From Firmicutes bacterium CAG:534 (GTDB lineage: Bacteria > Bacillota > Clostridia > Lachnospirales > Lachnospiraceae): a DNA stretch of 64,000 nt. Position 1 is the stretch's first letter, and each line of letters begins with the position of its first letter. A program made the position numbers and the translations under genes. The notes under the pieces were generated by a model that searched no databases, was not told where the DNA came from, and saw only the letters and a program-made list of their open reading frames with translations. The DNA is taken from contig FR894558.1 in NCBI GenBank assembly GCA_000436115.1, positions 83,974-147,973 on the forward strand, in the 5' to 3' direction. Below, piece by piece: positions 10,717 through 19,124 of the stretch.

Positions 10717-11733
10717 TTAGTGAAATTCTCTTCCCATCAACTGACAGAAGGGACGTAGCTGCGTGGTCAGAGCCTCGAATTTCTCAAAGGTTAAGGATTG
10801 AGGCCCGTCTGACAGTGCGTGGGCAGGATCGTTGTGCACTTCGATCATCAGACCGTCCGCATCACAGGCAACAGCAGCCTTTGCCATGGGGGCAACATAG
10901 CGGTAGGAGCCTGTGGAATGAGAAGGATCTACGATGATCGGAAGGTGGGTTTTGGCCCTGAGTACCGGAACGGCGCTGAGATCCAGTGTGTTTCTGGTTG
11001 CAGTCTCAAAGGTTCTGATACCTCTTTCACATAATACAACATTGGGATTGCCTTCTGCAATGATATATTCTGCTGCGTTAAGCCATTCATCTATGGTGGC
11101 ACAGAGCCCTCTTTTTAAAAGCACCGGAAGACCGGATTTGCCGGCTTCCTTCAGAAGAATGAAATTCTGCATGTTACGGGCGCCGATCTGGATCATGTCT
11201 ACATATTTAACGGCTGCTTCTATGGCTTCCTGGCTTACCACCTCACAGATCGTTGCCAGCCCGGTTTCGGCACTGGCAGTCTGCATATAGCGCAGTCCTT
11301 CTTCCTCCAGTCCCTGAAAGGAGTAGGGAGAAGTGCGGGGCTTGTATGCGCCGCCCCGGAGGATGGTTGCACCTGCGGCCTTTACAGCGCGGGCAATGGT
11401 CATGAGTTGTTCTTCTGTTTCTACGGCACAGGGGCCGGCCATAATGGTAAGGTTGCCGGGGCCGATGGAAGTGCTGCCGACCTTTACGGTGGTAGGTTCG
11501 GGATGAAATTTTTTGTTGGCAAGCTTATAGCTTTCCGTAACAGGCACGATGTGGTCCACGTCCTTAAAGACGATAAGGTTTTCAGCGGAAATGCGGGTTT
11601 TATCGCCTACAATGCCGATGATGGTAACCTCTTCTCCTTTGGAAAGATGAACGGATAAGCCGTTGTCCTCAATGTATTTTGTGACGGCATGGATGCTTTT
11701 ATCTGATGCCTGGGGTTTCATGACAATGATCAT
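10717..11733 (-). CDS. aroF: 3-deoxy-7-phosphoheptulonate (DAHP) synthase, class I-beta with N-terminal ferredoxin-like/ACT regulatory domain
   Basis: 338 aa. KDO8PS/DAHPS I-beta core (GPCAVE...LRGGAYKPRTSPYSFQG...) preceded by about 80-aa regulatory domain, as in Thermotoga-type DAHPS. Confidence 0.85.
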   Translation of the reverse strand: MIIVMKPQASDKSIHAVTKYIEDNGLSVHLSKGEEVTIIGIVGDKTRISAENLIVFKDVDHIVPVTESYKLANKKFHPEPTTVKVGSTSIGPGNLTIMAGPCAVETEEQLMTIARAVKAAGATILRGGAYKPRTSPYSFQGLEEEGLRYMQTASAETGLATICEVVSQEAIEAAVKYVDMIQIGARNMQNFILLKEAGKSGLPVLLKRGLCATIDEWLNAAEYIIAEGNPNVVLCERGIRTFETATRNTLDLSAVPVLRAKTHLPIIVDPSHSTGSYRYVAPMAKAAVACDADGLMIEVHNDPAHALSDGPQSLTFEKFEALTTQLRPFCQLMGREFH

Positions 11734-11938
11734 AATTTTATCCTCTTTCTGTATGGGTGATTTTTAAATGCTTTCACAGTATAACGCTTCAACGTGTAAA
11801 AGTCAATATGGATTATATGATTGATCAAATTGAATAATTTTACTTGTAAATTCTCTGAAAATTTAGTAAAATATACTCATGGCATTTGAAAATTATGGCA
11901 TAAATAACCAGATAATCTGGAAAAGCGGAGGGAAGTAT

Positions 11939-14029
11939 ATGAATATTTACACAACTGACAAGATTAGAAACGTTGCTCTCCTTGGGCATGGCGGAAGCGG
12001 TAAGTCCAGTCTGGCAGAAGCAATGGCATATTTATCCGGTATTACATCCAGAATGGGGAAGATCGAGGATGGAAATACGGTCAGCGATTACGGCAAAGAA
12101 GAACAGAAGCGAAAAATTTCAATCAGCACCTCCGTGATCCCGATTGAATGGGAAGGATACAAGATCAATATTTTAGACACTCCCGGTTTTTTTGACTTTA
12201 CCGGCGAGGTGGAAGAAGCGTTAAGCGCAGCAGGCGCGGTGATTATTGTGGTAAACGGCAAGGCCGGCGTGGAAGTGGGAACCAGGAAGGCATGGGAGCT
12301 TTGCGAAAAATACAAGCTGCCCCGCATGATCTACGTCAGCAACATGGATGTGGATAACGCTTCCTTCAGACAGGTTGTAGAGGATATGACCGCTGAATTC
12401 GGAAAGAAAATGGCACCCTTCCATCTGCCGATCCGTGAAAATGAGAAATTTGTGGGATATGTCAATGTGATCACGGAAACCGGTAACCGCTGGCAGGGAA
12501 AGGAAGTGGTGGAGTGTCCGGTTCCGGAATACAATAAGCCGAACCTTCAGATCTGCAGAGATACCCTGATGGAAGCGGTGGCAGAAACCAGCGAGGAAAT
12601 GATGGAGCGGTATTTTGGAGGGGAAACCTTCTCTGAGGCTGAGATCAGGGCGGCTCTTCGGAGCAATGTCTGTGATGGAAGCATTGTCCCCATGACCATG
12701 GGATCAAATGTTCTGTGCCAGGGTATTTACACACTGTTAGATGATGTGATCAAATACTTCCCGAGTCCTGAGAACCGTGAAGTGGCCGGCATTAACATGA
12801 AGACCAATGAGATCTACCATGCAGATTATGACTTTGCAAAGGCAAAATCCGCTTATATCTGGAAGACCATTGTAGATCCCTTTATCGGGAAATATTCCCT
12901 GATTAAGGTAAATTCCGGCGTTCTTAAGACGGATGATCTTATTTACAACGTGGATAAGGATATTGAAGAAAAGATCGGAAAGATCTATGTGCTCCAGGGC
13001 AATAAGCCCATTGAAGTCAAGGAGCTTCATGCAGGAGATATCGGAGCCCTTGCCAAGCTGACAGCGGCAAGAACCGGAAACAGCCTTTCCACTAAGGCGA
13101 CTACCATCAAGTACGGAAAGTGGGAGATGCCGGTGCCTTATACCTATATGAGATACAAACCCAAAAACAAAGGGGATGTAGATAAGCTGTCACAGTCTCT
13201 ACAAAAGATCTCTCATGAAGACCTTACCATGAAATATGTAAATGATGCAGAAAACAGACAGATGCTCTTATACGGAATGGGAGATCTTCACCTGGAGGTA
13301 ATTGCAAGCAGGCTGCTGAACGAATATAAAGTTGAGATCGAACTGAGCAAACCGAAGGTAGCTTTCCGGGAAACCATCCGCAAGAAATCAGATGTAGAAT
13401 ACAAATACAAGAAGCAATCAGGCGGACACGGACAGTATGGCCACGTCAAGATGAAGTTTGAGCCCTCCGGTAATCTGGAAGAGGCATACGAATTTGAACA
13501 GATCGTGGTAGGCGGCGCGGTTCCGAAGAATTACTTCCCGGCAGTGGAGAAGGGAATTCAGGAATCTGTTTTGAAGGGGCCTTTGGCTGCTTATCCGGTT
13601 GTAGGGGTTAAGGCGATCCTTTATGATGGTTCCTATCATCCCGTGGATTCTTCTGAAATGGCATTTAAGATGGCCACCATACAGGCATTCAAAAAAGGCT
13701 TCCTGGAGGCAGGGCCGGTGCTGCTTGAGCCTATCGTGGCGTTAAAGGTAACGGTTCCTGACAGCTATACAGGCGATATCATGGGAGATCTGAATAAGAG
13801 AAGGGGCCGCGTGAACGGCATGAACCCTGCGCCCGGCGGCAAGCAGGTGATTGAAGCGGATGTGCCGATGATGGAACTGTTTGGCTACTGTACGGATCTT
13901 CGGTCCATGACAGGAGGAAGAGGAGAATACGAGTACAGCTTTGCAAGATACGAACAGGCACCTGGCGATGTACAGGAAAAGGAAGTGGCTGCCAGGGCTG
14001 CAAAGTTAAGTGAAGGCGTAGAAGAATAG
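11939..14029 (+). CDS. elongation factor G paralog (EF-G-like GTPase with degenerate catalytic motifs)
   Basis: Start moved to ATG 11939 (GGAGGGAAG RBS). G1 GHGGSGKSS. Domain IV SGGHGQYGHV and domain V LLEPI...GDIMGDLNKRRGRV are EF-G-like. Switch II reads DTPGFFDF (canonical DTPGHVDF) and G4 reads SNMD (canonical NKMD). Confidence 0.8.
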   Translation: MNIYTTDKIRNVALLGHGGSGKSSLAEAMAYLSGITSRMGKIEDGNTVSDYGKEEQKRKISISTSVIPIEWEGYKINILDTPGFFDFTGEVEEALSAAGAVIIVVNGKAGVEVGTRKAWELCEKYKLPRMIYVSNMDVDNASFRQVVEDMTAEFGKKMAPFHLPIRENEKFVGYVNVITETGNRWQGKEVVECPVPEYNKPNLQICRDTLMEAVAETSEEMMERYFGGETFSEAEIRAALRSNVCDGSIVPMTMGSNVLCQGIYTLLDDVIKYFPSPENREVAGINMKTNEIYHADYDFAKAKSAYIWKTIVDPFIGKYSLIKVNSGVLKTDDLIYNVDKDIEEKIGKIYVLQGNKPIEVKELHAGDIGALAKLTAARTGNSLSTKATTIKYGKWEMPVPYTYMRYKPKNKGDVDKLSQSLQKISHEDLTMKYVNDAENRQMLLYGMGDLHLEVIASRLLNEYKVEIELSKPKVAFRETIRKKSDVEYKYKKQSGGHGQYGHVKMKFEPSGNLEEAYEFEQIVVGGAVPKNYFPAVEKGIQESVLKGPLAAYPVVGVKAILYDGSYHPVDSSEMAFKMATIQAFKKGFLEAGPVLLEPIVALKVTVPDSYTGDIMGDLNKRRGRVNGMNPAPGGKQVIEADVPMMELFGYCTDLRSMTGGRGEYEYSFARYEQAPGDVQEKEVAARAAKLSEGVEE

Positions 14030-14051
14030 TTCTTTTTAGAAGAAGGGAAAG

Positions 14052-14084
14052 GGATGCTGTGAGGGGTACGCAGCATCCTTTTTA
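14052..14084 (+). terminator. intrinsic terminator after EF-G paralog
   Basis: GGATGCTG-11nt-CAGCATCC stem followed by TTTTT. Confidence 0.6.
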
Positions 14085-14109
14085 CTGTAGAGAAAAAACG
14101 GTGCATTTC

Positions 14110-14138
14110 TTGACATTTTGACATAATATAGGTAAAAT
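14110..14138 (+). promoter_or_regulatory. sigma-A-type promoter for leuS
   Basis: TTGACA (14110-14115), 17-nt spacer, TAAAAT (14133-14138). No T-box or other leader between it and leuS. Confidence 0.45.
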
Positions 14139-14184
14139 TAGGTCTGGCTTGTAGTGCAATGAGGAAAGGAGCATGAGGACTAAG

Positions 14185-16596
14185 ATGGCAGTACCTTATA
14201 ATCACAGAGAAGTAGAAACGAAATGGCAGGAGATCTGGGACAAGAACAAGGCGTTCAAGACCTCTGACGATTATTCAAAACCGAAATATTACGCACTGGT
14301 AGAATTTCCCTATCCTTCGGGACAGGGACTTCATGTAGGGCACCCGAGACCTTACACAGCGCTTGACATTGTTGCAAGAAAAAGAAGAATGCAGGGCTAT
14401 AATGTCCTTTATCCCATGGGCTGGGATGCGTTTGGACTTCCCACTGAAAATTATGCGATCAAGAACCATATCCATCCCAAGATTGTAACGAAGAATAATG
14501 TGGCAAGATTTAAGAATCAGCTTCATTCCCTGGGATATTCCTTTGACTGGGACCGCGAGATCAATACAACGGATCCGGGCTACTATCATTGGACACAGTG
14601 GATCTTTTTAAAGCTTTTTAATGCGGGACTTGCCTATAAGGCAGAAATGCCCATCAACTGGTGCACCTCCTGTAAGGTAGGACTTGCCAATGAAGAGGTT
14701 GTAAACGGCGTATGCGAGCGCTGCGGAAGCGAGGTGGTCCGTAAGGTAAAGAGCCAGTGGATGCTGAAGATCACAGCCTATGCCGACAAGCTTTTGGAGG
14801 GACTTGACAGCGTAGATTATGTAGAGCGCGTAAAGGTCTCCCAGAAAAACTGGATTGGAAAATCAACGGGAGCAGAGGTAGACTTTGCGTTAAAGGATAA
14901 AGAAGATAAGCTGACCGTATATACAACAAGACCGGACACCCTGTTTGGCGTTACCTATATGGTTATGAGTCCGGAGCATCCTTTTATTGACAAATATAAG
15001 GACAGCATCGAAAACTGGGATGAAGTTGTGGCATACAGGGAAATGGCTGCAAGAAAGTCAGATTTTGAGCGTACGGAGCTTGCCAAGGACAAGACCGGCG
15101 TGATGCTGAAGGGCTTTACGGCAGTAAATCCCGTCAACAATAAAGAGGTTCCTGTGTGGATCTCCGACTATGTATTGATGTCCTACGGAACCGGAGCAAT
15201 TATGGCGGTGCCTGCTCATGATGAAAGAGACTGGGATTTTGCAAAGAAATTCAACATGCCTATCATCGAGGTAGTAGCAGGAAGCCCTGTGGATGTGAAT
15301 GAAGCTGTTTACACAGACGTTGCAACCGGAACCCTGGTAAACTCAGAATTTTTAAATGGGCTGTCTGTTGCGGAAGCAAAGGAAAAGATCATTGCATTCC
15401 TGACAGAGAAGGGCATTGGCCATCAGAAGACGAATTTTAAACTTCGTGACTGGGTATTTTCCAGACAGCGTTACTGGGGAGAGCCTATTCCCATTGTGAA
15501 ATGTGAGAAGTGCGGTTATGTGCCTCTCCCGGAAAGCGAACTGCCCTTAGAGCTTCCTGAGGTAGAAAGCTATATGCCTACCGACAATGGAGAATCCCCT
15601 CTTGCACACATGACCGAGTGGGTGAAGACCACCTGCCCTAAGTGCGGCGGCAGCGCTATGAGAGAAACCGATACGATGCCTCAGTGGGCCGGTTCCTCCT
15701 GGTATTTCCTTCGCTATACAGATCCGACCAACGATAAGGAGCTTGCAAGCAAGGAGGCATTAAATTACTGGATGCCTGTTGACTGGTATAACGGTGGAAT
15801 GGAGCATACCACCCTTCACCTTCTGTATTCCCGTTTCTGGCACAGATTTTTGTATGATCAGAAGGTAGTGCCCTGTCCGGAGCCTTACATGAAGAGAACC
15901 TCCCATGGAATGATCCTGGGGTCAAACGGCGAAAAGATGAGTAAGTCCCGCGGCAATGTAGTAAATCCGGATGACATTGTAAGGGATTACGGTGCAGATA
16001 CTCTTCGTACCTACGAAATGTTTATCGGAGCATTTGAACTGAGCGCAGCCTGGTCAGAGGACGGCGTAAAGGGATGCCGCAGGTTCCTGGAAAGAGTATG
16101 GAAGCTGCAGGATATTCTTACAGAGGATGAGAGCTATTCCAAGGATCTGGAGATCAAGATGCACCAGACCGTTAAGAAGGTCAGCGGCGATTTTGAGTGC
16201 CTGAAATATAATACTGCAATAGCGGCAATGATGGCCCTGATCAATGAATTCTACAAGAAAAATGCAGTGACCAGGGGAGAGCTTAAGACGCTGCTTACTC
16301 TTTTAAATCCGGTGGCTCCTCATATCACAGAGGAAATCTGGCAGAGCGCAGGCTTCGAGGGCTATATTTACGAAAACACCTGGCCGGAGTATGACGAGGC
16401 CAAGACCATCGAGGCAACCATTGAAATCGCAGTTCAGATCAACGGCAAGGTAAAGGGTACTCTTGCAGTGGAAAGAGATGCGGCAAAGGAAGATGTGATT
16501 GCAAAAGCAAAGGAAGCTGTTGCAGATAAGCTTACCGGAAACATTGTCAAAGAGATCTACGTTCCGGGAAGACTGGTAAATATTGTTCAGAAATAA
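14185..16596 (+). CDS. leuS: leucine--tRNA ligase
   Basis: Class I aaRS motifs [12 protein letters not shown] (HIGH) and KMSKS. About 804 aa. Start placed at ATG 14185 (GAGGA RBS) rather than 14173. Confidence 0.95.
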   Translation: MAVPYNHREVETKWQEIWDKNKAFKTSDDYSKPKYYALVEFPYPSGQGLHVGHPRPYTALDIVARKRRMQGYNVLYPMGWDAFGLPTENYAIKNHIHPKIVTKNNVARFKNQLHSLGYSFDWDREINTTDPGYYHWTQWIFLKLFNAGLAYKAEMPINWCTSCKVGLANEEVVNGVCERCGSEVVRKVKSQWMLKITAYADKLLEGLDSVDYVERVKVSQKNWIGKSTGAEVDFALKDKEDKLTVYTTRPDTLFGVTYMVMSPEHPFIDKYKDSIENWDEVVAYREMAARKSDFERTELAKDKTGVMLKGFTAVNPVNNKEVPVWISDYVLMSYGTGAIMAVPAHDERDWDFAKKFNMPIIEVVAGSPVDVNEAVYTDVATGTLVNSEFLNGLSVAEAKEKIIAFLTEKGIGHQKTNFKLRDWVFSRQRYWGEPIPIVKCEKCGYVPLPESELPLELPEVESYMPTDNGESPLAHMTEWVKTTCPKCGGSAMRETDTMPQWAGSSWYFLRYTDPTNDKELASKEALNYWMPVDWYNGGMEHTTLHLLYSRFWHRFLYDQKVVPCPEPYMKRTSHGMILGSNGEKMSKSRGNVVNPDDIVRDYGADTLRTYEMFIGAFELSAAWSEDGVKGCRRFLERVWKLQDILTEDESYSKDLEIKMHQTVKKVSGDFECLKYNTAIAAMMALINEFYKKNAVTRGELKTLLTLLNPVAPHITEEIWQSAGFEGYIYENTWPEYDEAKTIEATIEIAVQINGKVKGTLAVERDAAKEDVIAKAKEAVADKLTGNIVKEIYVPGRLVNIVQK

Positions 16597-16603
16597 GAAA
16601 AAC

Positions 16604-16647
16604 GGCTCTGAGGATCATTTACGATTCCTCAGAGCCATTATTTTTTC
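16604..16647. terminator. bidirectional intrinsic terminator (leuS / convergent minus-strand operon)
   Basis: Perfect 11-bp stem GGCTCTGAGGA / TCCTCAGAGCC with 11-nt loop. ATTATTTTTT on + strand and TTTTTCTTATTTC on - strand. Overlaps the last codons of the minus-strand ORF. Confidence 0.65.
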
Positions 16648-16884
16648 AATCTTGGAAAGTTCCTCCGGAGTGGCGGATTTCCGGAGAACGGCAACGATCG
16701 CACTGATCTCGTCTTCGGAAAAGGAGACGTTTTTTTCTTTGCCGCGCTTCATTACCGCCATGAGAAAAGGGAGCATCTGCTCTTTTTTTAAATTACTGCT
16801 TTCAAAGACCAGAGCCTGCAGAAACTGAAGCTTATAAGGCTCGATGTTCTTCAGGCTTTCATCATTCATCCAATCATTCTGCAT
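16615..16884 (-). CDS. hypothetical protein (about 89 aa), second gene of coupled pair
   Basis: Start taken at ATG 16884 (MQNDWMNDESL...) because GGAGG lies 8 nt upstream and the ATG overlaps the upstream stop as ATGCAGAATGA. No recognisable domain. Confidence 0.5.
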   Translation of the reverse strand: MQNDWMNDESLKNIEPYKLQFLQALVFESSNLKKEQMLPFLMAVMKRGKEKNVSFSEDEISAIVAVLRKSATPEELSKIEKIMALRNRK

Positions 16885-17368
16885 TGCTGTTACCTCCAAA
16901 TAATTCAAACATTTGCTTTTGCTCAGGGGAGAGCATATTCATTAATACATTCATGACGTCAAAGGAACCGGCGTCTGCGCCGTCACCGCTTTCAGCGCCT
17001 GGCGGCGGCATAAAGTCCTTCATCAGATCCATTGTCTTTGACATTTCGCGGTACATTTCCATGCTTTGAAAAATATTTTTGATCTGCAATAGCTTTTGCT
17101 TTTCTGCTTCTGTGCAGAAGGGGAGCAGTTCCTCACACAAACAGCCGATATCCGGCTTTTCTTCCTGCTGGACACAGCCGCAAAGAGGGAAGGGGTGTTT
17201 TCGGTAAAAATCAAGGGTATAATTCAGTTCCAGAAACTTAATGTACACAGCAAGGGTTTTCTGGGTTTGATGATCGGCATAGGGCAGAAGGACTTTCAGC
17301 ATTTGTATGTGGTTCGTGGAAAAAAGAGTGTCAAATGCAACGACCTTACTGCTCCTGTTTTTATCCAT
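16874..17368 (-). CDS. hypothetical protein (164 aa) with CGC-x11-CLC-x6-C cysteine cluster
   Basis: AAGGAG RBS 6 nt before ATG 17368. Internal PLCGCVQQEEKPDIGCLCEELLPFC Cys cluster and acidic G/D/A-rich segment. Translationally coupled to downstream ORF. No family recognised. Confidence 0.55.
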   Translation of the reverse strand: MDKNRSSKVVAFDTLFSTNHIQMLKVLLPYADHQTQKTLAVYIKFLELNYTLDFYRKHPFPLCGCVQQEEKPDIGCLCEELLPFCTEAEKQKLLQIKNIFQSMEMYREMSKTMDLMKDFMPPPGAESGDGADAGSFDVMNVLMNMLSPEQKQMFELFGGNSNAE

Positions 17369-17420
17369 GGCTGCTCCTTTGATGCAGTTTCCATATTTTA
17401 TGATTTTACTTTAGTCGATA

Positions 17421-17450
17421 TGCAGAAAAGTAGGCCCTTTTCAGGGCCTG
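17421..17450 (-). terminator. intrinsic terminator after the small Cys-rich ORF (minus strand)
   Basis: On the minus strand AGGCCC-TGAAAA-GGGCCT hairpin followed by ACTTTTCTG, 40-70 nt after the ORF stop. Confidence 0.5.
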
Positions 17451-17488
17451 CTTTCCGGACATGGTAGATAGAAAAGAAAAGAGAGAAA

Positions 17489-17731
17489 TTAGCATCCGCA
17501 ACCGCAGCCGCTGTTGTTATTGCTTCCGCAGCAGCCAAGAAGTAACAGGATCAGGATAATGCTTTCGCATCCACAACCGTTGTCAGAGCCAAGGGAAAGG
17601 CCGCTGCCGTTGTTTCCGCAGCCACCGCAGAAGAATAATAAAATGATGATCCAGATGATAGAGCTGCAGCAGCCGTTATTGGAGTTGTTTGATGTGCCGC
17701 ATCCACATCCTGTAGCTGTTAAGTCACTCAT
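17489..17731 (-). CDS. small (80 aa) Cys/Gly/Asn/Ser-rich protein with two Ile/Leu hydrophobic cores, unknown family
   Basis: Canonical GGAGG-6nt-ATG. Product MSDLTATGCGCGTSNNSNNGCCSSIIWIIILLFFCGGCGNNGSGLSLGSDNGCGCESIILILLLLGCCGSNNNSGCGCGC. Own terminator downstream. Low-complexity, so coding status is not certain. Confidence 0.5.
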   Translation of the reverse strand: MSDLTATGCGCGTSNNSNNGCCSSIIWIIILLFFCGGCGNNGSGLSLGSDNGCGCESIILILLLLGCCGSNNNSGCGCGC

Positions 17732-17839
17732 ATGTTGCCTCCAAAAGTTTTTATTTATGCTCTATCATATGCGGCTTGAGAAGGTGTGTGACTGAAAAAA
17801 ATAATTCTTATTTCCTATTACGATATGTGGACAAAATAC

Positions 17840-17878
17840 TTGAATAAATTTCAATATATAGTAAAATAAACTATATAT
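17840..17878 (+). promoter_or_regulatory. promoter of sortase operon with inverted repeat over the -10
   Basis: TTGAAT (17840-17845), 16-nt spacer, TAAAAT (17862-17867). Inverted repeat ATATATAG-N9-CTATATAT (17854-17878) brackets the -10. AAGGAG RBS at 17885-17890. Confidence 0.5.
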
Positions 17879-17898
17879 GCAATAAAGGAGAGTGAGCC

Positions 17899-19107
17899 AT
17901 GACGGCGGAAAGTCTGACCGTTGCGGGGAGGCACTTTCGCACAAAAGCGGATTATGAAGCTGCACTACGCGATCAGAAGAAAATAAACACCATCAAGGCA
18001 CAGACAGACCTGGAAGATCCCGTACAACTTTATGAACTGTATGGCGAGATGCAGAGTGGAATTTACCGGTTTGAAACACTGGTAGGAAATGACTTTGATG
18101 ATGAAATTTATGAAAAAATAGAAAAATTAAAGAAACAGGGCATTACGGCCCAAAATGCAGCCCGTTTTTTTCCCAAGGGAAAAGCGGGGAAAGGGAAAAA
18201 GGGGAAAAAAGAAAAGAAAGCCCATAGATCTGCACAGGGGACAAGCAAACCAAAGAAAAAAGAAATACCGTCTGGAGCCATGGACAAAATCATGGAAGAA
18301 CAGGTGCTTTTAGAACTAAGAAGGCGGGAAAAGCGCAGAAAACTCATTGTCCTGGCAGCTTCCGTGGTGGCGGTAGCAAGCCTTTCCTATTTTGGAGTTT
18401 ATTATTTTGTGGCAGCCAGGAACAATGCAAGCTATGAACAGCTTGCCGCCCTAAAGGGCAGCGATGTTTTAGCAGATGCCAAGGATAAAAATGATTTTGC
18501 GATCCATAAGACCGCAGTTCAGCTCCCGGATGTGCTGGATGAATATAAAACTTTATACGAAAAGAATAAAAAGCTAATCGGATGGCTTAAAATTGACGAT
18601 ACAATAATAGATTACCCTGTTATGCAGACTGGTGACAATTCCTATTACCTGGAACACAATTTCAATCAGGAGTATGACAAGAACGGAAGTCTTTTTCTGG
18701 ATTATAATTGCAGTATTTATCCCCGTTCCACCAATCTGATCATTTACGGGCATCATATGAAATCAGGGCAGATGTTCGGACAGCTTCAAAAGTATGCCAA
18801 GCAGTCTTATGGCGAGAAGCATTCCATCATTACGTTTGACAGTATTTACGAAAAGGCAACCTATCAGGTCATGTATGTATTCCGATCTCAGGTGTACAAT
18901 GAGGATGACCTGGTTTTTAAGTATTATCAGTTCATTGACGCTAATTCCAAAAAGGAATTTGATTCTTACATGAATGAAATGGCGAAAATGAGCCTGTATG
19001 ATACGGGTGTGACAGCAAGCTATGGAGACAGTCTTTTGACCTTGTCTACCTGTGACAATTCACAGACAGACGGAAGGTTTGTTGTAGTAGCAAAGAGAAT
19101 TAAGTAA
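17899..19107 (+). CDS. srtB: class B sortase with about 155-aa cytoplasmic N-terminal extension
   Basis: Catalytic-domain signatures YLEHNFNQEYDKNGSLFLD, IIYGHHM, LTLSTCD (TLxTC Cys) and trailing conserved Arg. Single TM helix at about residues 158-180. Lys-rich N-terminal domain (KGKAGKGKKGKKEKK). Confidence 0.85.
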   Translation: MTAESLTVAGRHFRTKADYEAALRDQKKINTIKAQTDLEDPVQLYELYGEMQSGIYRFETLVGNDFDDEIYEKIEKLKKQGITAQNAARFFPKGKAGKGKKGKKEKKAHRSAQGTSKPKKKEIPSGAMDKIMEEQVLLELRRREKRRKLIVLAASVVAVASLSYFGVYYFVAARNNASYEQLAALKGSDVLADAKDKNDFAIHKTAVQLPDVLDEYKTLYEKNKKLIGWLKIDDTIIDYPVMQTGDNSYYLEHNFNQEYDKNGSLFLDYNCSIYPRSTNLIIYGHHMKSGQMFGQLQKYAKQSYGEKHSIITFDSIYEKATYQVMYVFRSQVYNEDDLVFKYYQFIDANSKKEFDSYMNEMAKMSLYDTGVTASYGDSLLTLSTCDNSQTDGRFVVVAKRIK

Positions 19108-19124
19108 CCAAAGGAGTGTTACAG

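Noticed and set aside
14173-14184. Upstream ATG for leuS
   Set aside because: AAGGAG is only 2 nt from it. ATG 14185 has better spacing and matches the LeuS N-terminal length in other Firmicutes.
16874-16908. Overlap of two minus-strand ORFs that could indicate a frameshifted pseudogene
   Set aside because: The overlap resolves into ATGCAGAATGA with GGAGG 8 nt upstream, i.e. ordinary translational coupling of two intact genes.
17514-17795. Plus-strand 93-aa Pro/Gln-rich ORF overlapping the Cys-rich ORF
   Set aside because: Starts with TTG without an RBS and is the mirror reading of the same low-complexity DNA. The minus-strand frame has a canonical GGAGG-ATG and a terminator, so I favour that one (still uncertain).
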